Below, piece by piece: positions 19,236-30,132 of a stretch of 48,505 nt of DNA (position 1 is the stretch's first letter; the number at the start of each line of letters is the position of its first letter). The DNA comes from Gemmatimonadaceae bacterium. Its GTDB lineage: Bacteria > Gemmatimonadota > Gemmatimonadetes > Gemmatimonadales > Gemmatimonadaceae. The stretch is taken from assembly GCA_044224875.1 (NCBI GenBank), contig JBGAJQ010000041.1, positions 1-48,505 of the forward strand. The letters are read 5' to 3'. The notes under the pieces are model-generated. The model was given only the letters and a program-made list of their open reading frames with translations, did not search any database and was not told the DNA's origin. The position numbers and the translations under genes are program-made.

Positions 19236-20621
19236 ATGTTCACCCACACCATCATCGAACCGTTCCGTATCCGGTCTGTGGAACCGATTACGCAGCGGAC
19301 CCGGGACGAGCGCTCGCAGGCCTTACGGGCGGCGCACTTCAACGTGTTCCAGCTTCGCGCGAGCGATGTGCTGATCGACCTGTTAACGGATTCGGGTACC
19401 GGTGCATTGTCGGCTGACCAATGGTCGGCGATGATGCGCAGCGACGAGTCGTATGCCGGAGCGCGCTCATTCTTCGCCTTCGAGCAGGCGGTCCGCGATA
19501 TCACGGGCCTCAAACACGTGCTGCCGACGCATCAAGGCCGAGCTGCGGAGCGGATCCTGTTCACCTCGATGTTGAAGCCGGGTGACATCGTACCGAACAA
19601 CACGCACTTCGACACCACGAGAGCGAACATCGAGGATCGCGGGGCGACGGCCCTGGATATCCCGATCGCCGAGGCGCGGGAGCCGGGGACCATTCATCCG
19701 TTCAAGGGCAACATCGACCTGTTCAAGCTGGAGCAGGTGCTTCGCGACCATCCGGGTCGTGTGCCGCTGGCGATGATCACTGTCACCAACAACTCTGGTG
19801 GAGGGCAGCCGGTAGCGTTGGCCAACATTCGCGCCGCACGCGAGATCTGTGATCGGTACGGCGTGCCGTTGTACCTGGATGCCTGCCGGTTCGCAGAGAA
19901 CGCCTGGTTCATTCACATGCGAGAGCCTGGATACCAGGATAAGTCACCCATGGCGATCGCCCAGGAGATGTTCTCGCACGTCGTGGGCTGTACGATGAGC
20001 GCGAAGAAGGACGGCATGGCCAACATCGGTGGTTTCCTGGCGCTGAACGACGATTCGTTCGCGCAGCGCTGCCGCAACAACCTCATCCTCACGGAGGGGT
20101 TCGTCACCTATGGCGGGTTGGCGGGCTACGACCTGGAGGCGATCGCCGTCGGCTTGCGAGAGGCGCTCCACAGCGACTACCTGCGCTATCGCATCCGCTC
20201 GATCGAGTATCTCTCGGAGAAGCTAGCCAAGGCCGGCGTTCCGATGGTACAGCCGCCGGGCGGGCATGCACTCTACCTGGATGCGCGCGCGATGCTTCCG
20301 CACATTCCCTCTTCACAATACCCGGCGTGGGCTCTGTCCTGCGCGTTGTACCTGGAGGGCGGTGTGCGGGGGGTCGAGATTGGCAGTGTGATGTTCGGCC
20401 AACAGCCAGATGGCAGTGAGAAACCGGCGGCGATGGAGCTCCTGCGTCTCGCCTTCCCACGACGAGTGTACACGCAGAGCCACGTGGACTATGTCGCCGA
20501 TGTGGTCACCTATGTCATGACGCACCGCGAGCGGCTGCGCGGCATGCAAATCGTGGAGCAGCCTCCGGCGCTTCGTCACTTCACGGTGAAGATGCAGCCG
20601 TTGGACCCAACGGGTTGGTGA
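19236..20621 (+). CDS. tnaA: Tryptophanase
   Basis: EPFRIRSVE, IDLLTDSGT, HQGRAAE, PLP lysine motif SAKKD. C-terminal LRHF favours tryptophanase over tyrosine phenol-lyase (LRFF). Confidence 0.9.
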   Translation: MFTHTIIEPFRIRSVEPITQRTRDERSQALRAAHFNVFQLRASDVLIDLLTDSGTGALSADQWSAMMRSDESYAGARSFFAFEQAVRDITGLKHVLPTHQGRAAERILFTSMLKPGDIVPNNTHFDTTRANIEDRGATALDIPIAEAREPGTIHPFKGNIDLFKLEQVLRDHPGRVPLAMITVTNNSGGGQPVALANIRAAREICDRYGVPLYLDACRFAENAWFIHMREPGYQDKSPMAIAQEMFSHVVGCTMSAKKDGMANIGGFLALNDDSFAQRCRNNLILTEGFVTYGGLAGYDLEAIAVGLREALHSDYLRYRIRSIEYLSEKLAKAGVPMVQPPGGHALYLDARAMLPHIPSSQYPAWALSCALYLEGGVRGVEIGSVMFGQQPDGSEKPAAMELLRLAFPRRVYTQSHVDYVADVVTYVMTHRERLRGMQIVEQPPALRHFTVKMQPLDPTGW

Positions 20622-20623
20622 CG

Positions 20624-21136
20624 CTACGGCGATTCGGCGAGGGCACTGTCGAGTGACGCCATGAACGTCGCGTCGGTGGCTCGTACGATGCCGACGTGCT
20701 TCCATCGCAGGACGCCTCGGCGATCGATCAGGTACGATGCGGGAACGCCGATCGCCATGTACTCCGACAGAATGCGCTGATCTGGATCGCGCCAGACGGT
20801 ATAGGTCATCCCGATCTCGCGCGCAAAGTCCGTGACTTTGGAGTCCTCGCCCTCCGCGTCGATGCTTACACCCACAAGCTCCAGTCCGTCCTTGGCTCGT
20901 ACTTGATGCAGCTGCTGGAGAAATGGGATCTCGTCTCGGCACGGCGCGCACCAAGTGGCCCAGACGTTCAACAGCACGACGCGACCGTGGAGCGCCGCCG
21001 TCGTCACTCGGTCGCCTCGTATGGACAGCGCCGAGTACACGGGAGCTGGCTGACCAAGCGCGACCGCCTGCGGAACTCGGCGTTCCCCGGAACAGGCGAT
21101 AGTTGCCACGAGCGCCACGATCCATGCGCCGCGCAT
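20624..21136 (-). CDS. TlpA/ResA-like thioredoxin lipoprotein
   Basis: Lipobox TIAC; LLNVWATWCAPC..E.P. Confidence 0.92.
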   Translation of the reverse strand: MRGAWIVALVATIACSGERRVPQAVALGQPAPVYSALSIRGDRVTTAALHGRVVLLNVWATWCAPCRDEIPFLQQLHQVRAKDGLELVGVSIDAEGEDSKVTDFAREIGMTYTVWRDPDQRILSEYMAIGVPASYLIDRRGVLRWKHVGIVRATDATFMASLDSALAESP

Positions 21137-21140
21137 GGAC

Positions 21141-22373
21141 CTAACGCTGCGCCTCGGAGACGGCCACCAGCACGCGAGACGTGTCCCCTGGTTGCGTCCA
21201 CGAGGCGAAGATCTTTGTCCCTACACGCGCGAGCCTTGGAAAGCCACTCGCACGCGCGGCGGACGATCGGGTGATGACGATGGGATCCGACGCTCCCCCG
21301 GCAAACGCGACGCGGCGCGCACGTACCTCGGCGGACTCTCCCTGTACGCGTTCGACCCACGCAACGATCAACGCGCCAGCGCCATCGTCGATCATCGCTA
21401 CGCGCCCGACGGGACTCCCCGCATCGATTCGCGTCGGAGCGCCGAAGGTAGTGCCCGCGTCGGTCGAGACGGCAAGTTGAACCCGTGCCGTGTCGCGAGC
21501 CGCGGTGAACCAGGCGACGGCGACCGTGTCGCCACGGGCGACGATCGCCGGACCATTCACGGGACACGCCTCGATTCGCCATTGGTCGTCATGCACCTTG
21601 ACCGGCGGTGTCCACGAACCGCCGTCGAACCGCGTGACGACGATGTCGCGCACCTCCTCGTCGCTGCGATCCCGGTACGCGACCACCGGGCCGCGAGCGC
21701 TTAGCGCCGACGCCGTCTGGCAGCAATCGCACGTTCGCACGTCCACCGACATCTCGGGGCCTAACGAGCCGGTGTTCGAGACCGAAGCCGCACGCACCTG
21801 CATCGCGCCGTGGTCGTGTCCGTCGCCGGCCTGCGTGCCCCGCCCATCCAGCCAGAAAGCGATCGCCGAGTCGGCCACGGGTACCATGGAAACGAAGCCA
21901 TGCTCCGACGCGGAGCTATCCGCGTGCAACCTGACGGAGGGCGTCCAGCTGGCGCCCGCATCGGAAGACGAGGCCAACCTCGCATCATACGAGTATTTGC
22001 CCGCCGACGATCGCTGTAACCAGTGCACCAGCACACGGCCCGAGCGAGTGCTCGTCACCGACGGGAAGTCCGCCCAGTTCACGAAGAAATCACGACGTAC
22101 CGCGATGGTGCGAGTGGTGTCCCACCGGTCACCCGCCCGTCGCGCGTAGCGCAGCGCGACACTCGAATCCGGAAGCCGCTCCATCCACGTCATGTGCAGG
22201 GTCCCAGAGGCATCCGTCGCCAGGCTGCTCTCGCCGCTTTGGGCGCCCGCCGGACTCTGCACCGATTGAAACTCGTTGAGCGGCGGCGTACTTGCCTTAC
22301 GTGCGCAGGCGCCAACAACGAGTACTGAGAGAACCACGCCGAAGGCGCGACCACGAGTGAGAGGGAAAGTCAT
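21141..22373 (-). CDS. BNR/sialidase-fold lipoprotein with Cys/His motifs
   Basis: Lipobox VGAC; FVNWADFPS, S.D.G.SW/TF Asp-boxes, EHGFVS, TCDCC, CPVNGP. Confidence 0.8.
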   Translation of the reverse strand: MTFPLTRGRAFGVVLSVLVVGACARKASTPPLNEFQSVQSPAGAQSGESSLATDASGTLHMTWMERLPDSSVALRYARRAGDRWDTTRTIAVRRDFFVNWADFPSVTSTRSGRVLVHWLQRSSAGKYSYDARLASSSDAGASWTPSVRLHADSSASEHGFVSMVPVADSAIAFWLDGRGTQAGDGHDHGAMQVRAASVSNTGSLGPEMSVDVRTCDCCQTASALSARGPVVAYRDRSDEEVRDIVVTRFDGGSWTPPVKVHDDQWRIEACPVNGPAIVARGDTVAVAWFTAARDTARVQLAVSTDAGTTFGAPTRIDAGSPVGRVAMIDDGAGALIVAWVERVQGESAEVRARRVAFAGGASDPIVITRSSAARASGFPRLARVGTKIFASWTQPGDTSRVLVAVSEAQR

Positions 22374-22382
22374 GACCAAACA

Positions 22383-23754
22383 TTGACGACCGCGCAGGAT
22401 GGGGTCAACATCACGCCGCCTCGTCTTCCTCCACTCGCTCCTCGACATCACGTGCTGCGCCGATCCCTCACTACGCTCACCCTCGTGTTCGTGATGTACT
22501 TCAACATCTCGGGCGGGGCGTTCACGACAGAGGGTCTGGTCGCCGATGTGGGGCCTGGCATGGCGCTGTTGATCCTGCTCCTGGTCCCGATCATCTACAT
22601 TGATCATCGCCGAATTGGCCAGCATGCTGCCCGAGGAGGGCGGATACTACCGTTGGGTACAGCGGGCCTTCGGAAACTTCTGGGCCTTCCAGAATGGATG
22701 GATCACCTGGCTCTACTCGCTGGTGGACATGGCGATCTATCCCGTGCTGTTCAATCAATACCTGAAGTACTTCTTTCCCGGCCTGACGTCCATGGAGCAG
22801 TGGATCGTGTCGCTGGTAGTGATCTGGGGGGCGACGGCGGTGAACCTGCGTGGAGCCCTTCCTGTTGGACGCGTTTCCACGGTGGCCGGGACCATCGTGT
22901 TGGTCGGGTTCGGCCTCCTTGGGGTCCTCGCCCTGCCTAACGCGACGCATGTGCCATGGCACCCGATGCTCCGCGAAGGGGAGGGGATCGTCACTGGGCT
23001 GAGCGTTGGATTGTCCACGGCGTTGTGGAATTACATCGGTTGGGACAATGCATCTACGGTCGGCGGAGAAATCCGGGACCCCTCCCGCACCTACCCGCGC
23101 GCGCTCGCGCTGACCCTTCCCCTCGTCATCCTGGGCTACTTCGTGCCGCTGCTACCGGCGCTATCGGCGACGGATTGGACCTCGTGGCGCGAGGGGGGGT
23201 GGCCCTCCATTGCGGCGTCGGCCGTGCCAGGCATCGTGGGCCAGGTGCTGGCGGCCTGGCTCGCGGTCGCTGGACTGGTCTCAGCCCTCGCGCTGTTCAA
23301 TGCGCTACTGCTGGTGTATTCGCGCATTGCTCTGGTGATGGCGGAGGATGGTTTCTTGCCGAAGGTCATCGCCGGCACCGACGCGCGGGGCACGCCGCGG
23401 GCCGCTGTGGTCTTCTCCGCGATTTTCTACTCGCTGTTCGCGACGCTTCGCTTCGGCGACCTGGTTATCGCGGACGTTTTGCTGTATGCGTTGGCGCTCG
23501 GACTTGAGTTTGGCGCCCTCATTCGGTTGCGGCAGGTGGAACCCGAACTGCGCGGCACCTTTCGCATTCCGCTGAACACTGCGGGGGTCACGTTCCTCGC
23601 GCTCCTTCCGGCGAGCGTGCTGGCACTCGTGATCGTTCTGGCGTTCCGCGACGGAGAGTATGGGGTCCCCGCCGTCCTCGGCTCCATGGCCGGCATCCTG
23701 CTCGGTCCCGTCATGTACACGGTGTCGAAGCGACGCGCCGCCCTCCGGACGTAG
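22383..23754 (+). pseudogene. APC-family amino acid/polyamine permease split by a frameshift near 22599
   Basis: The N-terminal TM1 (YFNISGGAFTTEG) is in one frame and the remainder (IIAELASMLPEEGGYY.WV, WNYIGWD) in the +1 frame. The start is uncertain (TTG 22383 or GTG 22452). Confidence 0.8.
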
Positions 23755-23777
23755 TCGTCGATTCGCGGAATCAATCG

Positions 23778-25061
23778 TTAGGGCGACTTGTAGATCACAC
23801 CGTTCTTCATCACAAACGGGACCTGACGGAGCGTGGTGATATCGCGCGTCGGATCGCCGCGGACCGCGATGAGGTCGGCCCACAATCCGGCCTTGACCGT
23901 TCCGAGTGACCCGGAGAGCCCCAGGCCTTTGGCCGTTGCGGACGTCGCCGTCCGTACCGCCTGCAGCGGCGTCATGCCGTAGTCGACCAACAGTTCCAAC
24001 TCCCGGTAGTTTTCGCCATGCGTGAACACGCCGACGTCGCTGGAATTGATGATCGGCACGCCCAGGGACAGCGCCAACTTGAAGCTGGCTCGCTTTTCGG
24101 CAATTCGCGGCGGCTCGGACTCCGCCCCGTGTCGCCACCCGCTGTACCGCGAGATGGCATCGCCCGCGGCTAACGTAGGACCTAACGTGACGCCGCGAGC
24201 GACCATCAGCTTGAACACTTCCTCGGTCGCCCCGTCGCCGTGCTCGATATTCACGACACCTGCCATGACCGCCCGGCGGATACCCTCGGCGGAACTGGCG
24301 TGCGCCACGACGTGACGGCCGCTGCTCTCGGCGATTTCCACGGCGCGACGCAACTCTTCCTCGGTGAAGGCCGGCCGGGTCCTGCCGTCGGCCCCCCAGC
24401 GATAGTCCGCGTACACCTTGATCCAATCGGCCCCGCGACGAATCTGATCGCGGACCACCTTCACCAGTTCGTCGGCGTTGCCGGCTTCTTCGGCCCCCTG
24501 CATGACGTTGGTTTCAGGGACAAAGCCCTTGGGGCCGTAACTTCCTGCGCCGACGATGGCGCGCGTCGTGACATAGAGACGTGGACCGGGAATTACACCC
24601 TCAGCGACGGCTTGCTTGAGTCCGACGTCAGCGTATCCCGCGCCTTCCGTCCCGAGATCGCGAAGCGTCGTGAAGCCGGCCATCAACGTGTTGCGGAGGT
24701 GCACGGTGGCCCTGGCGATACGCATGCCTAACGGCTCGCGGAGCACCTGGTCGTCCCACGAGGCTTCGTTGTAAGGGTGCAGCAACACGTGGGAATGCGC
24801 ATCGATGAGCCCCGGGAGCAGGGTCATTCCCGGGAGTTCGATGGTGCGTGCGTCCTTAGGCACGGTTACTTCCCCAAGGCGACCCACGGCGACGATCTTG
24901 TCGCCCTGCACGAGGACGACCATGCCTTCCTGTGGGGAGTCGCTCACCCCGTCATAGACACGTGCCGGACGAAGCAGCGTCGCTGGCGCGGGCGCCGGTT
25001 GGGAAACCAACGGCGCCGAAAGGGCGAGCAGCAGTACGCCGGTGCTGAGGATTCGAGTCAT
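23778..25061 (-). CDS. Secreted metal-dependent amidohydrolase (Xaa-Pro dipeptidase-like)
   Basis: [43 protein letters not shown]. Confidence 0.92.
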   Translation of the reverse strand: MTRILSTGVLLLALSAPLVSQPAPAPATLLRPARVYDGVSDSPQEGMVVLVQGDKIVAVGRLGEVTVPKDARTIELPGMTLLPGLIDAHSHVLLHPYNEASWDDQVLREPLGMRIARATVHLRNTLMAGFTTLRDLGTEGAGYADVGLKQAVAEGVIPGPRLYVTTRAIVGAGSYGPKGFVPETNVMQGAEEAGNADELVKVVRDQIRRGADWIKVYADYRWGADGRTRPAFTEEELRRAVEIAESSGRHVVAHASSAEGIRRAVMAGVVNIEHGDGATEEVFKLMVARGVTLGPTLAAGDAISRYSGWRHGAESEPPRIAEKRASFKLALSLGVPIINSSDVGVFTHGENYRELELLVDYGMTPLQAVRTATSATAKGLGLSGSLGTVKAGLWADLIAVRGDPTRDITTLRQVPFVMKNGVIYKSP

Positions 25062-25108
25062 GAGACAAGGAAAGGGATGAGGCGAGCGGTCGCAACCAGG
25101 TGTGGACG

Positions 25109-25693
25109 TTACGCTGTGGGCGGTGTCACGGTGGCGGCCCCGACGGCCAGCGGAACTTCGGTGACCCCACCAGAAACAACGAACGCCATGACGTCAGCGC
25201 TGTTCGCGGCGACGACTTGCACCACGCGTGTGGGAAAGAGGTAGACGCGTCCCGCCACGCTGTAGGAGAATGGGAGGTACACCGACACGTAGCCCGGGAG
25301 TCCCAGGCGGTCGATCGAGTCATGAGTGACGAACCCCAGAACCCGTCCCGTACTGTTCTCGTGCAGCTGAACGAGCACCGGCTTGTCGAATCGTTTCTTC
25401 TCTCCGACAAATGCGCCCACCAAGTCCTTGGTGGACGAGTACAGCAAGCGCACGAACGGCAGGCGGTTCAGCGCATCATCCAACAGTGACAGCACGCCAC
25501 GCGTCAGCAAGTTCGAGGTCAGGAAGCCAAAGAGGGTGATGAGGACGATCGTCACCAGGAAGCCGACCCCTGGTATGGAGATTCCTAACCAGCCATCGAT
25601 CGTCGTGAAGGCGACGTAGCAGACGTACACGGTGAGGGCCACCGGTGCGAGGAACACCAGACCTCGCAGGAAGTAGCCAAGCAGTTTGCGCAT
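25109..25693 (-). CDS. DUF502 membrane protein
   Basis: FLRGL...P, LPFVR.LY...KD, LGFVT, VYLP, F.VSGG. Confidence 0.88.
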   Translation of the reverse strand: MRKLLGYFLRGLVFLAPVALTVYVCYVAFTTIDGWLGISIPGVGFLVTIVLITLFGFLTSNLLTRGVLSLLDDALNRLPFVRLLYSSTKDLVGAFVGEKKRFDKPVLVQLHENSTGRVLGFVTHDSIDRLGLPGYVSVYLPFSYSVAGRVYLFPTRVVQVVAANSADVMAFVVSGGVTEVPLAVGAATVTPPTA

Positions 25694-25701
25694 GGGATTG
25701 C

Positions 25702-27153
25702 CTAACGTGCGGCCGCGACCGTGTCGCGGACCACCGGGAATCCGTCACGTTGCCACTCGGACAGGCCACCACGGAGGTTCTCTGCCGCCACTCCCTTGGC
25801 GCGCAGGAGACTGGCGCCGATGTTCGAGCGTCCACCGCCTTGGCACTGCACGATCACTCGTGATGCACCGTGCACGGGCAAGGTCGAATACCGCTCCATG
25901 AGGTGCCCCAGCGGCACGTGCGACGCACCCTGAATGTGGCCGGTCTCCCACTCGTCCTGGTTGCGTACGTCGATCACCACCACTCGCTCCTGCCCGCGCA
26001 CACTCGCCAAGTCGGCTGGCGCCGTTTGCGGGACGGTCGGAAGTTCGCCGTTCTTCCAGATCCACGCCGAGATCGCGTCGGACCCGAACCAACCGGCCAC
26101 CCGGTCCAGTCCGATCATCGAGAGCTCCGCCGCTGCCGCACGGACGGAGGCATTGTCGATGTCGCGCGACAGGAGGAAGACATCGCGATCGTAGGGAAGG
26201 ATCCACCCGGCCCATCCGACAAAGGACTTCCCGTATGGCAAGCTGATCGTGCCAGGGACGTAACCGGCCGCATACTCGGAGGCGGGCCGAACGTCGATCA
26301 CGATGCCCCCGTGGTTCAGGATGCGTTCGAGCTCTGGCGCGGCGCGATGCGTGAGTCGCGGGGCGGCCCCCAGCACCGGGGGGCCATCGCGATTCATGCG
26401 CTTCATGGTCGCAAAGTAGAGTGGCGGGTCTGGTTGTCCTTCCAGCACCGATTCGACGAAGGTCGCCTCGTCAGGCACTTGAAAGGCCCAGTTGACCAGC
26501 TTCTCGTAACCCAGGGTTGTTTGCGGGACCGCGCCTAACGCCTTGCCGCACGCCGATCCCGAGCCGTGCCCGGGCCAGAGTTGCAGGTGGTCGGGATAGC
26601 GCTCGCCGAATCGCTTCAGCGATGCGTACAGCTGCGAAGCCCCGACACGCATCGTGCCGGCAACCTTCGCCGCTCGCTCCAGCAGGTCCGGACGACCGAC
26701 GTCACCCACGAAAATGAAGTCCCCGGTGAACGCCCCAACCGGATGCGGCGTGGCCGCCGTGTCCGTGACGACAAAAATCACATGTTCAGGGGTGTGGCCA
26801 GGCGTGTGCATGACCTCCACGCGCACGTTTCCCACCATGAACCAGTCGCCGTCATGGAGTAACGTGGCACGGCTCTGCTCGGCGAACGCGTACTGCCAGT
26901 CCGGCCCGCCCTCAGCGGAGAGGAGCAGGGTGGCGCCGGTATGGGACGCCAGTTCACGGCTTCCCGAGAGGTAGTCGGCGTGAATATGGGTTTCCGTGAC
27001 GTGCGTGATGCGCAGCCCTTCGGCGGTTGCAGCTGCGATGTACTGGTCGGCGTCGCGGTTGGCGTCGATGACCAGGGCCTCGCCCTTTCGCTGGCAGCCT
27101 ATGAGGTAGCTCGCTTGGGCCAGTCCATCATGGTAGAATCGCTTGATCAGCAA
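25702..27153 (-). CDS. MBL-fold persulfide dioxygenase-like protein fused to two rhodanese domains (CstB-like)
   Basis: ETHIHAD, TPGHT, GRPDLLE, PGHG.GSACG, and C-terminal CQGGGRS. TTG start preceded by GGAG. Confidence 0.9.
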   Translation of the reverse strand: MLIKRFYHDGLAQASYLIGCQRKGEALVIDANRDADQYIAAATAEGLRITHVTETHIHADYLSGSRELASHTGATLLLSAEGGPDWQYAFAEQSRATLLHDGDWFMVGNVRVEVMHTPGHTPEHVIFVVTDTAATPHPVGAFTGDFIFVGDVGRPDLLERAAKVAGTMRVGASQLYASLKRFGERYPDHLQLWPGHGSGSACGKALGAVPQTTLGYEKLVNWAFQVPDEATFVESVLEGQPDPPLYFATMKRMNRDGPPVLGAAPRLTHRAAPELERILNHGGIVIDVRPASEYAAGYVPGTISLPYGKSFVGWAGWILPYDRDVFLLSRDIDNASVRAAAAELSMIGLDRVAGWFGSDAISAWIWKNGELPTVPQTAPADLASVRGQERVVVIDVRNQDEWETGHIQGASHVPLGHLMERYSTLPVHGASRVIVQCQGGGRSNIGASLLRAKGVAAENLRGGLSEWQRDGFPVVRDTVAAAR

Positions 27154-27273
27154 GGACGTAGTCTCCAACGTGAGAAGGCGGCTGTGCGTAGCCCGCCGGT
27201 AGTGTCCCGAAAGCTGCCAGATCTTTAGTGGCGTGACCAGCCCTTGTGGGCGCCGCAGGTTGCCTTCACACCC

Positions 27274-30132
27274 ATGCTTATGCGACTCCACCACGCATTG
27301 TGCGCCGCCGGCCTCACGTGCCTAGCGGTTGCCCCGGCCCAGTCCCAGTCGACGAAAAAGGTCCTTTCGCAGGATACGTACGACTTCTGGCGCACGATCA
27401 CGGGGTCATCGGTTTCACCCGACGGGCGGTGGGTGGCCTACACGCTCTCGCCCGTCGTAGGTGACGGGGACGTGGTGGTGCGCGCCGCCGAGAGCGCGAC
27501 GGAGTATCGTGTGCCGCGCGGCTGGACCGGCCGCCCGGTCATGTCAGTGACGGTGGATTCCCCGTTTGTTGCCTCGCCGGCGCAATTTTCGGCGGACTCC
27601 AAGCTGGTCGCTTTCTTGTCGTATGCGCCAAAGGCCGATTTCGACCGGGCCCGCCGCGAGAAGCGACCCGCGACCCAGCAGCCCAAGGCGAGCTTGACAA
27701 TGGTTGAGCTGGCGGGAGGGCGCGTAACCACCGTCCCGCGCGTTCGCTCATTTCGCCTTGCGCGCGAGTCGGCCCGGTATCTCGTGTATCTCCTGGAGAA
27801 CGATGACCCGCCGCGCGACTCGACGGCCGGACAACGTCCAGTGCCGGGCGTGAAAAAGCGTGAGTACGGCAGCACGCTCGTATTGCGCGATCTCAACGAC
27901 GCGAGTGAGACGCGGATATCCGATGTCAGCAGCTACGTCCTGGATGACACCGCGCACGTGCTCGCCTACGCCGTGACCTCCAAGACGCCAGCCACCGACG
28001 GCGTGTACCTGCGCAATCTCGCCACTGGAACCACCGCGCCGGTGATGACTGGTGAAGGCGACTACAAGCAGCTGACCGTCGATCGTGCGGGATCGCAGGT
28101 GGCGTTCGTGTCGAACCGCGATGAATTCAAGAACGAAAAACCGCGATTCACGGCGTACTATGCCTCCGCAAAGGCGCCGGCAGCGCAGGTCATCAGCACG
28201 CCGGGGCAACTGGATGGCTTGAGCCCGAGCGACAAGGGACGCGTCGAGTTCGTGCGCGACGGGAGCGCCGTGACGTTTGGCATTGCCGCACCAGCGATGG
28301 ACTCCATTCCCGCGGACTCACTGGCAGACAAGGCGGTGTTTGACCTGTGGCACTGGAAGGACCCGAGACTGCAACCGCAGCAACGCTTAGAGGCGGGTCG
28401 CGACCGCGACCGCAGCTTCCTGAGTGTATACGACGTAAAGAGCCGGCGCGTCGCACGCCTGGCGAACGACTCCATGCCAACCGCACAGGTGAGCGATGAC
28501 GGTCGCGTCGCGTTGCAGGTGACATCTGTGCCATACATGGTGGAGGCCATGTGGGGGGAGGGTGGGAGTGACGTCTACGTGACCGACGTTGCGAGCGGCA
28601 AGTCCACGCGCGTGGCCGAGAAGATCGACTTCAACGCGTCGTTGTCCCCGGCCGCGCATTATGTGCTGTGGTTCGAGAAGGACCAGTGGCGCAGCTATGC
28701 GATCGCCACGGGCAAGACGATGGACCTGACGGGGGCCATGAAGGGTGTGCGCTTCTCCAATGAGCTGTTCGATGAGCCGGATGTCCCACCAGCATATGGG
28801 GTCGCCGGGTGGACGCGCGGGGACCGCAGTGTCCTTGTCTATGATCGTTACGACATCTGGGAGCTGGATCCTGCGGGTGTCAGGGCGCCGCGCGTGATCA
28901 CGGATTCCGCCGGCGTGCGCGCTCACGTCGCCCTGCGCGTGGTGGACCTGGATCCAGACGATCGCTTCATTGACGCCACGCAACCGTTGCTGCTGCGCGC
29001 CTTCGATGACAGCAGCAAGGCGAGTGGTTTCTATCGCGATCGCGTCGATGGCAACACTCCTCCCGAACGCTTGGTGATGGCGAATCGCAACTTTGGCATG
29101 CCGCAAAAGGCGCGGCACGCCGATCGGTTGCTCCTCACCCAGCAGACGTTGTCGGAATTTCCTGACCTCTGGACCGGGAACTCTGTGACGTCGCTGGCGA
29201 AGGTGTCCAACGCGAATCCGCAGCAGAGCGAGTACCGGTGGCCAACGGTGGAGCTGGTGTCGTGGCGCAGCGCCGATAACGTGCCGCTCCAGGGACTGCT
29301 CTACAAACCCGAGGACTTCGACCCGTCGCGCCAGTACCCCATGATCGTGTACTACTACGAGCGACTGTCCGACGGGATGTACTCGTACCAGGCACCGACG
29401 GGTCGGAATGTCATCAATCCAACGGTCTATACCTCGTTAGGCTACCTCGTCTTCTTCCCGGACATTGTCTACGAGCTGGGATGGCCCGGACCAAGCGCCG
29501 CCAAGTCCATCATTCCAGGGGTGCAGTCGCTCGTCGCGCGCGGGTTCGTGAATCCCAAGGCGATCGGCCTTGCCGGTCAGTCGTGGGGCGGCTACCAGAC
29601 CGCCTACCTCATCACGCAGACCACCATGTTCGCCGCGGCGGTGCCGAACGCGCCGGTGGCCAACATGACCAGCGCCTACGGAGGGATCCGGTGGGGTTCC
29701 GGACTGGCGCGTTCATTTCAATACGAACACACGCAGAGCCGGATCGGCGGCTCGATCTGGGAGTATCCGGTTCGCTACATCGAGAACTCGCCCCTCTTCC
29801 ACCTGGATCGCGTCACGACGCCGGTCTTCTTCATGCAAAACGACGCGGACGACGCCGTGCCTTGGTATCAGGGAATCGAGCTGTTCGTCGGGCTTCGCCG
29901 GTTAGGCAAGGAAGTGTACTTCATCACCTACAACGGTGACGTGCACAACCCGCGCAAACGGGCAAACCAGAAGGACGTCGACATGCGCATGCAGCAGTTC
30001 TTCGGCAACAAGCTGAAGGGTGAGCCGGCGCCTGATTGGATGGTCCATGGCATTCCGTACCTGCAAAAGGGCCGAGACCAGATGACACCGGTCAAGGTCG
30101 CACCGGCCTCACCGACCGGCAGTCGGCCGTAG
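27274..30132 (+). CDS. Secreted S9-family peptidase (prolyl oligopeptidase/DPP-like)
   Basis: Signal peptide, beta-propeller region, nucleophile motif GQSWGG, D.AVPW and C-terminal His. Confidence 0.93.
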   Translation: MLMRLHHALCAAGLTCLAVAPAQSQSTKKVLSQDTYDFWRTITGSSVSPDGRWVAYTLSPVVGDGDVVVRAAESATEYRVPRGWTGRPVMSVTVDSPFVASPAQFSADSKLVAFLSYAPKADFDRARREKRPATQQPKASLTMVELAGGRVTTVPRVRSFRLARESARYLVYLLENDDPPRDSTAGQRPVPGVKKREYGSTLVLRDLNDASETRISDVSSYVLDDTAHVLAYAVTSKTPATDGVYLRNLATGTTAPVMTGEGDYKQLTVDRAGSQVAFVSNRDEFKNEKPRFTAYYASAKAPAAQVISTPGQLDGLSPSDKGRVEFVRDGSAVTFGIAAPAMDSIPADSLADKAVFDLWHWKDPRLQPQQRLEAGRDRDRSFLSVYDVKSRRVARLANDSMPTAQVSDDGRVALQVTSVPYMVEAMWGEGGSDVYVTDVASGKSTRVAEKIDFNASLSPAAHYVLWFEKDQWRSYAIATGKTMDLTGAMKGVRFSNELFDEPDVPPAYGVAGWTRGDRSVLVYDRYDIWELDPAGVRAPRVITDSAGVRAHVALRVVDLDPDDRFIDATQPLLLRAFDDSSKASGFYRDRVDGNTPPERLVMANRNFGMPQKARHADRLLLTQQTLSEFPDLWTGNSVTSLAKVSNANPQQSEYRWPTVELVSWRSADNVPLQGLLYKPEDFDPSRQYPMIVYYYERLSDGMYSYQAPTGRNVINPTVYTSLGYLVFFPDIVYELGWPGPSAAKSIIPGVQSLVARGFVNPKAIGLAGQSWGGYQTAYLITQTTMFAAAVPNAPVANMTSAYGGIRWGSGLARSFQYEHTQSRIGGSIWEYPVRYIENSPLFHLDRVTTPVFFMQNDADDAVPWYQGIELFVGLRRLGKEVYFITYNGDVHNPRKRANQKDVDMRMQQFFGNKLKGEPAPDWMVHGIPYLQKGRDQMTPVKVAPASPTGSRP

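Noticed and set aside
30109..30132. 24-nt convergent overlap of the S9 peptidase and epimerase 3' ends
   Set aside because: Short tail-to-tail overlaps are ordinary in compact GC-rich genomes.
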